In this document: positions 19,213-28,970 of the stretch, piece after piece
How the letters are laid out: each line of letters begins with the position of its first letter
Position numbering within the stretch: the first letter of the stretch is position 1
Assembly (NCBI GenBank): GCA_963749655.1
Contig: CAVVOB010000021.1
Span: 50,786-114,785 of the forward strand
Reading direction: 5' to 3'
Length of the DNA stretch: 64,000 nucleotides
Origin: Nitrospirota bacterium
GTDB lineage: Bacteria; Nitrospirota; UBA9217
Notes under the pieces: generated by a model
Databases searched by the model: none
What the model was told of the DNA's origin: nothing
The model's input: only the letters and a program-made list of their open reading frames with translations
Program-made: the position numbers and the translations under genes

Positions 19213-20667
19213 CTACATAACGCCGGTGATTGAAGCGCGCGCGTAGTTCAGGAGGTCGGCGGGAAACACGCCGATGACGATCACCGCGGTCACCGATATG
19301 GCGAGCGCAAGCGCAAGCGACGGCGAGGTGGTGAGCTCGATGGCCTCCTTCGGCTCGCTCATATACATGACCATGACGACCCGGAGGTAGAAGTAAGCGC
19401 TGATGGCCGAAAAAAGCACGCCGGCAATGGCAAGCCACACGAGGCCGGCCTCTATTGCGGACTTGAAAATATAGAACTTGCCGACGAACCCGGCCAACGG
19501 CGGGATGCCGGTCAGCGAGAACATGAAGATAAGCATGAGAAACGCCGCTGTTTTGTTGATTTTGCCCAGCCCCGCGAAATCGGCGATTTCCTCGCCCCGT
19601 TCCCCTGCTTTCCTGAGCATGATCACGATGCCGAAGGCGCCCATATTCATGAGGGCGTAGATGCAGACGTACAGCATGACGCTCGCGGCCCCTTCCGGTC
19701 CTCCCGCGGCGAGGCCCACCAGGGCGTAGCCGGCATGGGCTATAGATGAGTAGGCAAGCATGCGTTTGATGTTGGTCTGGGACAGGGCCATGATGTTGCC
19801 CACGGCCATGGTAAGGACGGCAAGACCGGCGAGGATCGCCGTGGAGTGCTCGTGCAGGGGCGCCAGGGTGTACAGGAAGACGCGGAGCAGGACGGCGAAG
19901 CCCGCAACCTTGGGGCCGGCCGACATGAAAGCGGTTACCGACGTGGGCGCGCCCTCATACACGTCAGGCACCCACATGTGAAACGGCACGGCCGCCACTT
20001 TGAACCCGAAGCTCACGACCAGCATGATCATCGCGAGAAAGATGACCGGGTTCGTGAGGTCCGCGGTGCGGAGGAACTTCATGATCTCTTCGAGATTCGT
20101 CGTACCGGAGAGGCCATAGAGGAGCGACATGCCGTAGATCATGATGCCCGAAGAGAACGCTCCGAGCACCAGGTACTTGATCGCCGCCTCGTTCGAACGG
20201 TTGCTCCGCCGCATGAAGCCGGCGAGGACGTAAATGGAGAGGGCCATGAGTTCGAGGCCCAGGTACAAGGTGATCAGATCTCCCGCCGACGCCATGAGCA
20301 TCATGCCCGTCGTGGCGAAGAGCATCAGGGCGTAGTATTCCCCGCGGTTGATGTCCTCTACCTTCAAGTAATTGATCGACACCAGGATGCCGAGGCCGCA
20401 GGCAACGTAGAAAACGAACTTGAAGTACGTGGCAAAAGGATCGACATAGAGCGTTCCCCCGAAAAACAAGCCGCTGACGTTCATGAGATTGTAGGTGGCA
20501 ACCGCCGCAAGGACGATGCCGGCCAGACTGAACCATCCGAGAACATGCTTGTACGCCTTCGGCACCAGGAGGTCGAGGATGAGCACGCAGAGGGCTACGG
20601 AAATCATAACGACTTCCGGCGCGATCGGGGCAAGCGTTTGCAGGAACTGCTGATACATGCTGGGCAT
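19213..20667 (-). CDS. nuoN: NADH-quinone oxidoreductase subunit N
   Basis: EAAIKYLVLG, FKVAAVPFHMWVPDVYEGAPT, KRMLAYSSIAHAGY. Confidence 0.97.
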   Translation of the reverse strand: MPSMYQQFLQTLAPIAPEVVMISVALCVLILDLLVPKAYKHVLGWFSLAGIVLAAVATYNLMNVSGLFFGGTLYVDPFATYFKFVFYVACGLGILVSINYLKVEDINRGEYYALMLFATTGMMLMASAGDLITLYLGLELMALSIYVLAGFMRRSNRSNEAAIKYLVLGAFSSGIMIYGMSLLYGLSGTTNLEEIMKFLRTADLTNPVIFLAMIMLVVSFGFKVAAVPFHMWVPDVYEGAPTSVTAFMSAGPKVAGFAVLLRVFLYTLAPLHEHSTAILAGLAVLTMAVGNIMALSQTNIKRMLAYSSIAHAGYALVGLAAGGPEGAASVMLYVCIYALMNMGAFGIVIMLRKAGERGEEIADFAGLGKINKTAAFLMLIFMFSLTGIPPLAGFVGKFYIFKSAIEAGLVWLAIAGVLFSAISAYFYLRVVMVMYMSEPKEAIELTTSPSLALALAISVTAVIVIGVFPADLLNYARASITGVM

Positions 20668-20682
20668 CTGGTTCTCCTTACA

Positions 20683-22221
20683 TTAGTTTCCTATGAGCGT
20701 ATTGACCGTCTGTGCGACGGCCGGCGCCGCCTGGACCTTTGCATGCATGTGCTGGATCAGGTTGGAAACGGAGGCATGCATGACATTGAATGCCGAGTTC
20801 GGGTATAGACCGACCACAAAAACCAGCACGACCAGGGGAAGCGCGGCAGCTGCCTCGCGCAGGTTCATGTCTGCAAGGTGCTCGTTATGGGGATTCGTAA
20901 TCTTGCCGAAGGCGATCCGCTGATACAGCCAGAGCATGTAGCCCGCGCCGAGGATGATGCCGAGGGACGCAATGACAGCAAAGGGCTTGTAATGCAGAAA
21001 GGCGCCGAGCAGGATCGTGAACTCGCCGATGAACCCGTTCGTCCCCGGAAGGCCGATCGAGGACAGGGTGATCACCAGAAGGAACGTGGCATAGACCGGC
21101 ACGCGGGCCGCGATGCCGCCGTAATCAGCGATCAGCCGGGTATGGGTCCGCTCGTAGATCACGCCGACGGCAAGGAACAGCGCTCCCGTCGAAACGCCGT
21201 GGTTCAGCATCTGCAGGATCCCGCCCTCGAGCCCCTGGCTGTTCAGAGCGAACAGGCCCAGCGTGACGAATCCCATGTGGCTCACGCTCGAATAGGCGAT
21301 CAGCTTCTTGAAATCGGTCTGCGCAAAGGCCATGTAGGCGCCGTAGATGATGGCTATGACGGACAGAATCATGATGGCAGGCGTCCAGGCGATGGTCGCA
21401 TCGGGGAAAAAGGGCATCGAGAACCGGAGGAATCCGTACGCGCCCATCTTGATCAGAATGCCCGCCAGGAGGATGCTGCCGGCGGTCGGAGCTTCCACGT
21501 GGGCATCGGGCAGCCACGTGTGGACCGGGAACATGGGGACCTTTACCGCGAAGGCCGCGAAGAAGGCTGCGAAGGCCACCATCTGGAACGTATAGCTGAA
21601 CTTGTAGTTCATGAGCGCCAGCACATCGAAGGTGCGGCCGGCGGCGAAATACACGGCGATGATCGCAACAAGCATGAGAACGCTGCCCACGAGCGTGTAC
21701 AGGAAGAACTTTACGGCGGCATAGAGGCGGTTCGGACCTCCCCAGATGCCGATCAGGAGGTACATGGGGATCAGCATGGCTTCCCAGAAGATATAGAAGA
21801 GGAAGAGGTCGAGGGCCACAAATACGCCGATGACCGCCGCTTCGAGAAAGAGCATGGCGACCATGAACTCGCGGACCCGGTCCTGTATCGCAGTCCACGA
21901 GACCATGATGGATACCGTCGTAAGGAGCGCGGTCAGCGCGACGAAGAGGATGCTGATGCCGTCGATGCCGAGACGATAATTGATGTTCCAGGCAGCGATC
22001 CAGGGCAGGCTTTCCCCGAACTGCATATTCGCCGTCGAGCTGTCGAAATTCATGAGGAGCGGCAGGCAAAGGCCCAGCTCAACGATTGAGAATGCAAGCG
22101 CGATCCAGCGTGCCGTCGCCGCGTTCCGGACGAACAGGAGCAGGAACGCCCCGAGCACGGGAAGGAAGATCATAAGACTCAGCAGCGGATAACCGAGCAT
22201 GTTCATTTTCAATTCGAGCAT
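20683..22221 (-). CDS. nuoM: NADH-quinone oxidoreductase subunit M
   Basis: DLFLFYIFWEAMLIP, AVKFFLYT, VKVPMFPVHTWLPDAHVEAPT, KKLIAYSSVSHMG. Confidence 0.97.
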   Translation of the reverse strand: MLELKMNMLGYPLLSLMIFLPVLGAFLLLFVRNAATARWIALAFSIVELGLCLPLLMNFDSSTANMQFGESLPWIAAWNINYRLGIDGISILFVALTALLTTVSIMVSWTAIQDRVREFMVAMLFLEAAVIGVFVALDLFLFYIFWEAMLIPMYLLIGIWGGPNRLYAAVKFFLYTLVGSVLMLVAIIAVYFAAGRTFDVLALMNYKFSYTFQMVAFAAFFAAFAVKVPMFPVHTWLPDAHVEAPTAGSILLAGILIKMGAYGFLRFSMPFFPDATIAWTPAIMILSVIAIIYGAYMAFAQTDFKKLIAYSSVSHMGFVTLGLFALNSQGLEGGILQMLNHGVSTGALFLAVGVIYERTHTRLIADYGGIAARVPVYATFLLVITLSSIGLPGTNGFIGEFTILLGAFLHYKPFAVIASLGIILGAGYMLWLYQRIAFGKITNPHNEHLADMNLREAAAALPLVVLVFVVGLYPNSAFNVMHASVSNLIQHMHAKVQAAPAVAQTVNTLIGN

Positions 22222-22307
22222 GAATGACTCCTCTGTTTTTTCAGTTCTAGGTTCAGGATATCGAGTTCACCGCTGGGGGCGTGAACGATGAGCCGGGAGC
22301 CGGGAAC

Positions 22308-24242
22308 TTAGTTAATCAGTATGTAGTACAAACCCGCCAGCACGACGAGTCCGAGCCCCATGGTGAAGGCATACTGCTGCAGATATCCGGTCTGGAGTTT
22401 CTTGCCGCGTTCGCTCGTATTACCGATTGCAGCGGCGAAGCCGTTGATGAACCCGTCGATGATCTTCACGTCGCCCACGTTGTGGAGGATCCTCGAGAGC
22501 TTGATGACCAGGCCGTCGACGAAGATATAGTTGTAAATCTCGTCGACCTTGTATTTATTCAGGAGCAGGGTATAGGCGCCCTTGAATTTCTCGGCCCACC
22601 GGTCGGGCCGCGTCGGATTCTTTACGTACCAGAGATAGGCCAACCGGATTCCTGCAGCGGCGACTGCAACCGAGAACACCATCAGCCCGAGCTCCAGCCA
22701 GTGGCTCTCGGCGGCTGCGGCATGCTCCGTACTAGGGAAAAGCGGCGCAAGGTACTCGCCGAACAGGTTGCCGTGGGGGATGAGCGCACCCGGCGCGCCG
22801 ATCCAGCCGATGAAGAAGGAGAAGAACGCGAGAATCATGAGCGGGATGGTCATCACCTTCGGCGATTCGTGAACATGATGTTCCACGTCATGGTCCATGC
22901 GCGATTTTCCGTAAAACGTCAGATAGATCAGGCGGAAGGAATAGAAGGCCGTCATGAGCGCGCCGGCCACGCCGAGCACCCAGAGAGCGCGTCCGAGCGA
23001 CGATGCGTTGTAAGCGCTCCAGAGGATCTCATCCTTGCTGAAGAAGCCCGCAAAGGGGAAGATGCCGGCGAGCGCCAGCGACCCGATAATGAACACCCAA
23101 TGGGTGACCTTGATCTTCGACTTGAGCGCGCCCATCTTGCGCATGTCCTGCTCGCCCGAGAGGGCATGAATGACACTGCCGGAGGCGAGAAACAGGAGGC
23201 CCTTGAAAAAGGCATGCGTGGTGAGGTGGAAGATGCCCGCCGCGTACGCGCCGACACCGAGACCGAGGAACATGTACCCGAGCTGACTGATCGTCGAATA
23301 GGCGATCACGCGTTTGATATCGTTCTGCACCAGGCCGATGGTCGCTGCAAAAACCGCGGTCAGGCCGCCGACGATCGCGACGGTGTTCATTGCGGTCTCG
23401 GAAAGCGAGAAGATCGGCGCACAGCGGGCCACCATGAACACTCCGGCCGTGACCATCGTCGCCGCGTGGATCAGGGCGCTGACCGGCGTCGGGCCCTCCA
23501 TGGCATCGGGCAGCCAGACGTAAAGCGGCAGCTGCGCCGATTTGCCGGTTGCCCCGAGGAACAGCAGGAGCGCGATCAGGGTGATGACACTGATCTCTCC
23601 GCCGAACAGGCGGTAGGTCTGGTCCGTGACCGAGGTCCCCATCGTGGCAAAGACCTCGGAGAAGTCCAGCGTGCCGCAGGTCAGGAAGATGAGCAGCACG
23701 GCGAGAACGAAACCGAAGTCGCCGACGCGGTTCACCACAAAGGCCTTGACCCCGGCATCGGCTGCAGATTTTTTCTCGAACCAGAAACCGATCAGGAGGT
23801 AGGAACAGAGACCGACGCCCTCCCAGCCCACGAACATGACCAGGAAGTTATTGGCCATGACCAGGACGAGCATGAAGAAGGTGAAAAGCGCGAGGTAGGC
23901 GAAAAAGCGGGGATATCCTTTGTCCCCGTGCATGTAGCCCACAGAGTAGATATGGATCAGGGAGCTGAGCGTGGTTACCACGAGCAGCATGACCGAGGTG
24001 AGCTGGTCGATCTGGAAGCCGACGTTTACCGAGAAGGTCCCGATCGATATCCAGGTGTAGAAGTTCTCGTAGAGCTTCACCCCGCCGACAACATCGAAAA
24101 ATGCACTTACGGACAGGATGAAGGCACCGATCACACCTGCGATGGGGAACCAGGCGGCCTTTTCCTTCAAAAATTTTCCGAAGAGCCCCGCGATCAGGAA
24201 GCCGGCGAACGGCAGGAGCGGAATGAATGCATATTTAAACAT
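22308..24242 (-). CDS. nuoL: NADH-quinone oxidoreductase subunit L
   Basis: GWEGVGLCSYLLIGFW, KSAQLPLYVWLPDAMEGPTPVSALIHAATMVTAG. Confidence 0.97.
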   Translation of the reverse strand: MFKYAFIPLLPFAGFLIAGLFGKFLKEKAAWFPIAGVIGAFILSVSAFFDVVGGVKLYENFYTWISIGTFSVNVGFQIDQLTSVMLLVVTTLSSLIHIYSVGYMHGDKGYPRFFAYLALFTFFMLVLVMANNFLVMFVGWEGVGLCSYLLIGFWFEKKSAADAGVKAFVVNRVGDFGFVLAVLLIFLTCGTLDFSEVFATMGTSVTDQTYRLFGGEISVITLIALLLFLGATGKSAQLPLYVWLPDAMEGPTPVSALIHAATMVTAGVFMVARCAPIFSLSETAMNTVAIVGGLTAVFAATIGLVQNDIKRVIAYSTISQLGYMFLGLGVGAYAAGIFHLTTHAFFKGLLFLASGSVIHALSGEQDMRKMGALKSKIKVTHWVFIIGSLALAGIFPFAGFFSKDEILWSAYNASSLGRALWVLGVAGALMTAFYSFRLIYLTFYGKSRMDHDVEHHVHESPKVMTIPLMILAFFSFFIGWIGAPGALIPHGNLFGEYLAPLFPSTEHAAAAESHWLELGLMVFSVAVAAAGIRLAYLWYVKNPTRPDRWAEKFKGAYTLLLNKYKVDEIYNYIFVDGLVIKLSRILHNVGDVKIIDGFINGFAAAIGNTSERGKKLQTGYLQQYAFTMGLGLVVLAGLYYILIN

Positions 24243-24289
24243 AGACACCCCTTAAATGTATCGGCATGGTAATGCTTGAACCCGGAATT

Positions 24290-24592
24290 TCAGCCCTTCA
24301 GAATATTGAACTCATCCACATAAACGGTCCCGCGATTCCGCGCGATCAGAATGATTATCGCAAGCGCCACCGCCGCCTCGGCCGCGGCCACCGTGATGAC
24401 GAAAATAGCGAAAATCTGGCCCGTCAAGGTTTGAAGGTAATGCGAGAAGGCCACGAGGTTGATGTTGGCTGCGTTCAGCATGAGCTCCATCGACATCAGA
24501 ATGATGAATATATTGCGGCGGCTCAGCACACCCACAACTCCGATGGTGAACAGCGCCGCGCTCAGCATGACGTACCAGGACAGGGGAATCAT
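24290..24592 (-). CDS. nuoK: NADH-quinone oxidoreductase subunit K
   Basis: [28 protein letters not shown]. Confidence 0.96.
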   Translation of the reverse strand: MIPLSWYVMLSAALFTIGVVGVLSRRNIFIILMSMELMLNAANINLVAFSHYLQTLTGQIFAIFVITVAAAEAAVALAIIILIARNRGTVYVDEFNILKG

Positions 24593-24607
24593 TAAAACCT
24601 CCAGTTC

Positions 24608-24682
24608 CCATTGCGGATTGTCAATTGCGGATTGAGGAATGAACCACAAAGATTCTCATTCGAAATCCGAAATCCGCAATAG
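24608..24682. repeat. Inverted heptamer-periodic repeat (hairpin) between nuoJ and nuoK
   Basis: ttgcggattgtcaattgcggattgaggaatga ... tcattcgaaatccgaaatccgcaa. Confidence 0.7.
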
Positions 24683-24688
24683 CTTTCT

Positions 24689-25192
24689 TTACTCTTTTGC
24701 GTTCTTCTTCGCCAGCATGACCGCGCCCACCAGCCCGACCAGCAGAATGATCGACGCAACCTCAAAGGGGACCAGGTACTTCTGATACAGCAGTTCGCCG
24801 AGCTCTCTGACGCCGACCGCCTCGACCATGGGCTTGCCGGTGTCGGCGGGAAAGGACCCGCGGGAAACCAGTATCAATATTTCTACGGCGATCAGGATGC
24901 CGAAGGCGACCAGCCAGCCCCAGAAGCGGTTCGCCCGGGGAGAAGTGCTTTCCCGATCGACATTCAGAAGCATGACGACGAACAGGTAGAGGATCATGAT
25001 GGCGCCGGCATAGACGATGAGCTGCACCGCTGCGAGGAACTCCGCATTCAGAAGCACGAAGACGCCGGCGATGTGAAAGAAGAGAAGCAGCATGAACATC
25101 ACGCTGTGCACGGGATTCCGCCTGCTTATGGTGAGCACGGCCGTAACGAGAATGACCGCGGCAAAGTAGAGGAAAATGAGCTTGTTCATCAT
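24689..25192 (-). CDS. nuoJ: NADH-quinone oxidoreductase subunit J
   Basis: NPVHSV, AEFLAAVQLIVYAGAIMILYLFVVMLL, PFEVASIILLVGLVGA. Confidence 0.96.
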   Translation of the reverse strand: MMNKLIFLYFAAVILVTAVLTISRRNPVHSVMFMLLLFFHIAGVFVLLNAEFLAAVQLIVYAGAIMILYLFVVMLLNVDRESTSPRANRFWGWLVAFGILIAVEILILVSRGSFPADTGKPMVEAVGVRELGELLYQKYLVPFEVASIILLVGLVGAVMLAKKNAKE

Positions 25193-25193
25193 T

Positions 25194-25661
25194 TTACTTT
25201 TTTCCCGCCTTCCTGCCCATGTAGTTGTCTCCCACGGCGACGAGACGATCCCTGGTGTAGAATGCGTCCTTTCGCGAATAACAGGCCAGCTCGAACTCGG
25301 GCGTCATGAGGATGGCCGACACAGGACATGCGTCGATGCAGAAGCCGCAGAACACGCACCGGAGCAGGTCGAGTTCATAGGAGTTCACGACTTTCTGGTG
25401 CTCCGGTCCCTCGGAGGTTACGACGGTGATCGCCTTCGAGGGACAGACGGCTTCGCAGAGACCGCAGCCGATGCACGCGGCCTTCCCCTCTTCATCGCGT
25501 CGCATGGCGTGGAGCCCGCGCGATCCGGCGATCGGTTTCCGCTTGAACGTCGGGTACTGGCGGGTGACCGCCGGGGTCAGCATGGTCTTGAGCGTCAGCC
25601 ACATGCCCTGGGCGATTTCTATCAGAAAGATCGTTTTAAACAGCTTTATCACTTTGTTCAT
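25194..25661 (-). CDS. nuoI: NADH-quinone oxidoreductase subunit I
   Basis: CIGCGLCEAVCP and CVFCGFCIDACP. Confidence 0.96.
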   Translation of the reverse strand: MNKVIKLFKTIFLIEIAQGMWLTLKTMLTPAVTRQYPTFKRKPIAGSRGLHAMRRDEEGKAACIGCGLCEAVCPSKAITVVTSEGPEHQKVVNSYELDLLRCVFCGFCIDACPVSAILMTPEFELACYSRKDAFYTRDRLVAVGDNYMGRKAGKK

Positions 25662-25706
25662 TCTCGTTAACTCCTTACGCCTTACTTCTCACTCTCTCAC
25701 GGCTCA

Positions 25707-26786
25707 CTACAGCCATCCCATCTGCTTCATGCCTGCTGCGACCAGAAGCGTGCCCAGCGACAGGGGTAAAAATATCTTCCAGGATATGTTCATCAACTGG
25801 TCGTACCGGTACCGGGGCAGGGTGGCCCGCAGCCACATATAGAAGAAGATAAAGAAGTACAGCTTTCCAAAGAGCCAGAGCGTCGGGGGAATCGCTGCAA
25901 GGAGCCAGTTGATTTTCCCGATCAGCCAGAGGTGGCCGAGCGTTTTCGGAAGGATCTGCACCGGAAGCCAGCCTCCCAGGAACATGACGCTCACCAGGAG
26001 CGACACCACCATCATGTTCACATATTCAGCCATGTAGAAAAGGCCGAACCGGATCCCGCTGTATTCCGTGAAGTATCCTGCCACCAGTTCGCTCTCGGCC
26101 TCGGGCAGGTCGAAGGGCACGCGGTTCGTTTCCGCGATGCCCGATATGAGATAGAGGAAGAACGCCACGGGACCGACGGGCAGCGCAACGATGAACCAGC
26201 GGTCCTTCTGCGCGTTGACGATATCGGTGAGGTTCAGCGAACCGGCCATGAGCACCACGGTAATGATGGCGAAGGCCATGGGAATCTCATAGCTGATCAT
26301 CTGCGCTGCGGAGCGGAACCCGCCCATAAGGGAGTACTTGTTATTCGACGCCCACCCCCCCATGATCACCCCGTATGTTCCGATGCTTGAAAAGGCCAGG
26401 ATATACAGGATGCCGATGTTCAGGTTCGACACCCAAAGCGGTACATCCCGTCCGAAGATTTTCATCACCGGTCCGAAGGGAACCACGGCAATGGCCCCGA
26501 AGGCCATCACAAAAAGAATCAGCGGCGCGAGGCTGAAAAGATCCACTTGTCCGCTTTCGCGGGGATCACGTCCTCTTTCAGAAGGAATTTGACCGCATCG
26601 GCGATCGGCTGCAAGAATCCCGTGCCAGCCCGCACGCATCGGGCCGAGGCGTGATTGCATGTGCGCGAGGACCTTCCGCTCCATGTACGGCAGGTACATG
26701 ATGTTGGCGATATTGAATGCCGCCAGCACGACCGCGGGAATTCCGACGGCAATCACGAATTGCATTATCTGGGTCATATCGGGCAT
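25707..26786 (-). CDS. nuoH: NADH-quinone oxidoreductase subunit H (internal compensating frameshifts at ~26612 and ~26535)
   Basis: [55 protein letters not shown]. The conserved [15 protein letters not shown] segment lies in another frame. Confidence 0.96.
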   Translation of the reverse strand: MPDMTQIMQFVIAVGIPAVVLAAFNIANIMYLPYMERKVLAHMQSRLGPMRAGWHGILAADRRCGQIPSERGRDPRESGQVDLFSLAPLILFVMAFGAIAVVPFGPVMKIFGRDVPLWVSNLNIGILYILAFSSIGTYGVIMGGWASNNKYSLMGGFRSAAQMISYEIPMAFAIITVVLMAGSLNLTDIVNAQKDRWFIVALPVGPVAFFLYLISGIAETNRVPFDLPEAESELVAGYFTEYSGIRFGLFYMAEYVNMMVVSLLVSVMFLGGWLPVQILPKTLGHLWLIGKINWLLAAIPPTLWLFGKLYFFIFFYMWLRATLPRYRYDQLMNISWKIFLPLSLGTLLVAAGMKQMGWL

Positions 26787-26795
26787 ATCGTGCTC

Positions 26796-28919
26796 CTATG
26801 CTTCTATCTTATAATGACGGATCGTCCCTATTTCGTGGGACCGGGTGATGGTCATGCCGGACGAAAACAGGAGGCGTTCGGCAGTGATCACCTCTTTTTT
26901 CATGATCGAATCCGATGAGAGCGAGAGGTCCTCGGCAAGACCGGCTACCGGTGATTTTTCCCGGGCCCAGCATGCGCCCACTTTGAGATCGCTGTATAAG
27001 GGCACGGACGAGCGGATCTCTTTCATGATATCGCCGGCAGACCCGAAATTCATGGCTCCGCCCATTTTCGCCGCAATGTCCTGGATGATCTGCCAATCCG
27101 GCCGCGACTCGCCCACCGGCTCCTCGGCCCTGTTCAGTTGCTGAAGCCTGCGTTCGAGATTCGTAAAGGTTCCCATTTTTTCCGACGAGCTCGCCGCCGG
27201 CAGCACGACATTCGCCAGCTTGGCCGTCTCTGTCATGAAGATATCCTGCACCACGAGGAATTCGAGCCTTGCCAGGTCCTGCTTCAGACTCTGGTCGCTC
27301 CCTGCGGGATCGTCTCCCATGATATAGAGGGCCGCGATCTTGCCGCTCTTGATCGCGCCGAGCATTTCAACGGCGTTCATGCCGGGCTTGTCGGCCTTCC
27401 GGTAACCGGGCAGATACGCCGGGTTGATTCCCATGTCAAAGGAACCCTGGAAATTGCTGCGCCGCACCAGGGGATAGAAGGTAACGTTCTGAAGACTACC
27501 CGCGAGCGCTCTGATCCCTGCAAGCTCCTTGTCCGAGAGCTGTGCGGGGATCACCATGGCAATGCTCTTTGCTTTCTTCAGAAGCTCGACTGCCTGTTTG
27601 GCCTCATTGCTTCCCGCTGAGGTTGACAGTGCCGCAGCCAGATCCTCGATGGCCCGGTCCGTCGTTGTGGGCAGGACCACTTTCGCGACTTTGTTGAACT
27701 TGTTGAACTCATCGTTGACGAGGATCACCTTCCGGTCCTGTTTGTTGACGGCACGGACGATCTCGATGCCGGTGAGCGGATTGATCTCTCCGATGTTCTT
27801 ATCGAGGATGAGAATGACCTCATGCTCGGCCATGCGGGACAGCTCTCCGGAAAAGAAGGTTGTATTAATGCCTTTCGGCACCTTGAGCCGGGCCAGCATG
27901 TCCACGTTGTTCGTGCCGACCACCTCGCGCAGGAACTTCTGGAACACGTAGCTGTCTTCGTTGGTGGTGCGGACCGAGCCGAGGCCGCCGATGCTGTTGG
28001 CGCCTGTCCGGCTCTTGATCACATTGAGGTTGGTCGCAATGACCGAGAGCGCCTCCTCCCAGGTGCAGTCCACCAGCTCGTTGCCCACCCGGACCTTGGG
28101 CGTCAATAGCCGCTCTGCATGATGGACCGCGTCCCAGCCGAACCTGCCCTTGGTGCAGAGATAGTTGTTCTTTGCGGGACCGACGCGCATGATCCTGCCT
28201 TCCCGCGTTTCATAGGAAACATTGCAGCCGCAGCCGCAATAGTTGCATACCGACGATGTCGCTTCGAGGTTCCACGACCGGGCCTTGTATTTGAACTGCC
28301 GCGTCGTGAGCGCGCCGACAGGGCAGATCTCGACGCACTCGCCGCAGAATTCGCAGTCCAGCGGACGGTCGAAATCGGTGCTGATGCGGGCACGCGTTCC
28401 GCGCCTTGTGAACGCCCACTCGCCCACGGCGTTCTGTTCTTCGCAGATCCGGACGCACTTGCCGCAGAGGATGCAGCGGCTGATGTTGCGCTCGATGATC
28501 GAGCTCTCGTAATCCGGCGGGAGATAGCCCTTCTCGGCGTCGAACCTGCTCGGTCCGAGTCCGTATTCGTGCACTAGGTCCTGCAGGGAGCACTCACCCG
28601 CCTTGTCGCAGACCGGACAATCGAGGGGATGCTTGATCAACAGGAGTTCCAGCACCATCTTCCTTGCTTCAATGAGCGCCGGGGAGGTGGTTTTTACGAC
28701 CATATTGTCCGTGGCCGGCGTGGTGCAGGAAGGCGTGAACTTGCGCGGTGTGCCTTCAACCTCGACGAGGCATATCCTGCACGCGCCGAAGGGATGAAGC
28801 TTATTGTCGTGGCAGAGTGTCGGGACCCGCGCCCCTGCCGCGCTGCAGGCCTCAAGAATCGTCGCTCCCATCGGTACTTCAACTTTTTTTCCGTCAACCG
28901 TTACTGTCATATTTGGCAT
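26796..28919 (-). CDS. nuoG: NuoG-like subunit (FdhF/molybdopterin oxidoreductase-like, Fe-S rich)
   Basis: PTLC...GACRIC...SC, HPLDCPVCDKAGEC, CILCGKCVRIC, CEFCGECVEICP, CNYCGCGC...LCTKG. Positioned between nuoF and nuoH. Confidence 0.85.
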   Translation of the reverse strand: MPNMTVTVDGKKVEVPMGATILEACSAAGARVPTLCHDNKLHPFGACRICLVEVEGTPRKFTPSCTTPATDNMVVKTTSPALIEARKMVLELLLIKHPLDCPVCDKAGECSLQDLVHEYGLGPSRFDAEKGYLPPDYESSIIERNISRCILCGKCVRICEEQNAVGEWAFTRRGTRARISTDFDRPLDCEFCGECVEICPVGALTTRQFKYKARSWNLEATSSVCNYCGCGCNVSYETREGRIMRVGPAKNNYLCTKGRFGWDAVHHAERLLTPKVRVGNELVDCTWEEALSVIATNLNVIKSRTGANSIGGLGSVRTTNEDSYVFQKFLREVVGTNNVDMLARLKVPKGINTTFFSGELSRMAEHEVILILDKNIGEINPLTGIEIVRAVNKQDRKVILVNDEFNKFNKVAKVVLPTTTDRAIEDLAAALSTSAGSNEAKQAVELLKKAKSIAMVIPAQLSDKELAGIRALAGSLQNVTFYPLVRRSNFQGSFDMGINPAYLPGYRKADKPGMNAVEMLGAIKSGKIAALYIMGDDPAGSDQSLKQDLARLEFLVVQDIFMTETAKLANVVLPAASSSEKMGTFTNLERRLQQLNRAEEPVGESRPDWQIIQDIAAKMGGAMNFGSAGDIMKEIRSSVPLYSDLKVGACWAREKSPVAGLAEDLSLSSDSIMKKEVITAERLLFSSGMTITRSHEIGTIRHYKIEA

Positions 28920-28970
28920 TGGTTTACCCTTTAAAGGCTGATAGCTATCGGCTGTCAGCCGTGAGCTGGT

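Noticed and set aside
22281-24272. Long antisense ORFs (e.g. 22281-24272, 34440-36311, 2003-3283 on +)
   Set aside because: These are shadow frames opposite well-conserved genes in GC-rich DNA and carry no recognisable motifs.
26530-26615. Aberrant segment in NuoH ([14 protein letters not shown]...)
   Set aside because: The canonical [15 protein letters not shown] lies in the adjacent frame. A pair of compensating indels in an essential region is most simply an assembly error, not programmed frameshifting.
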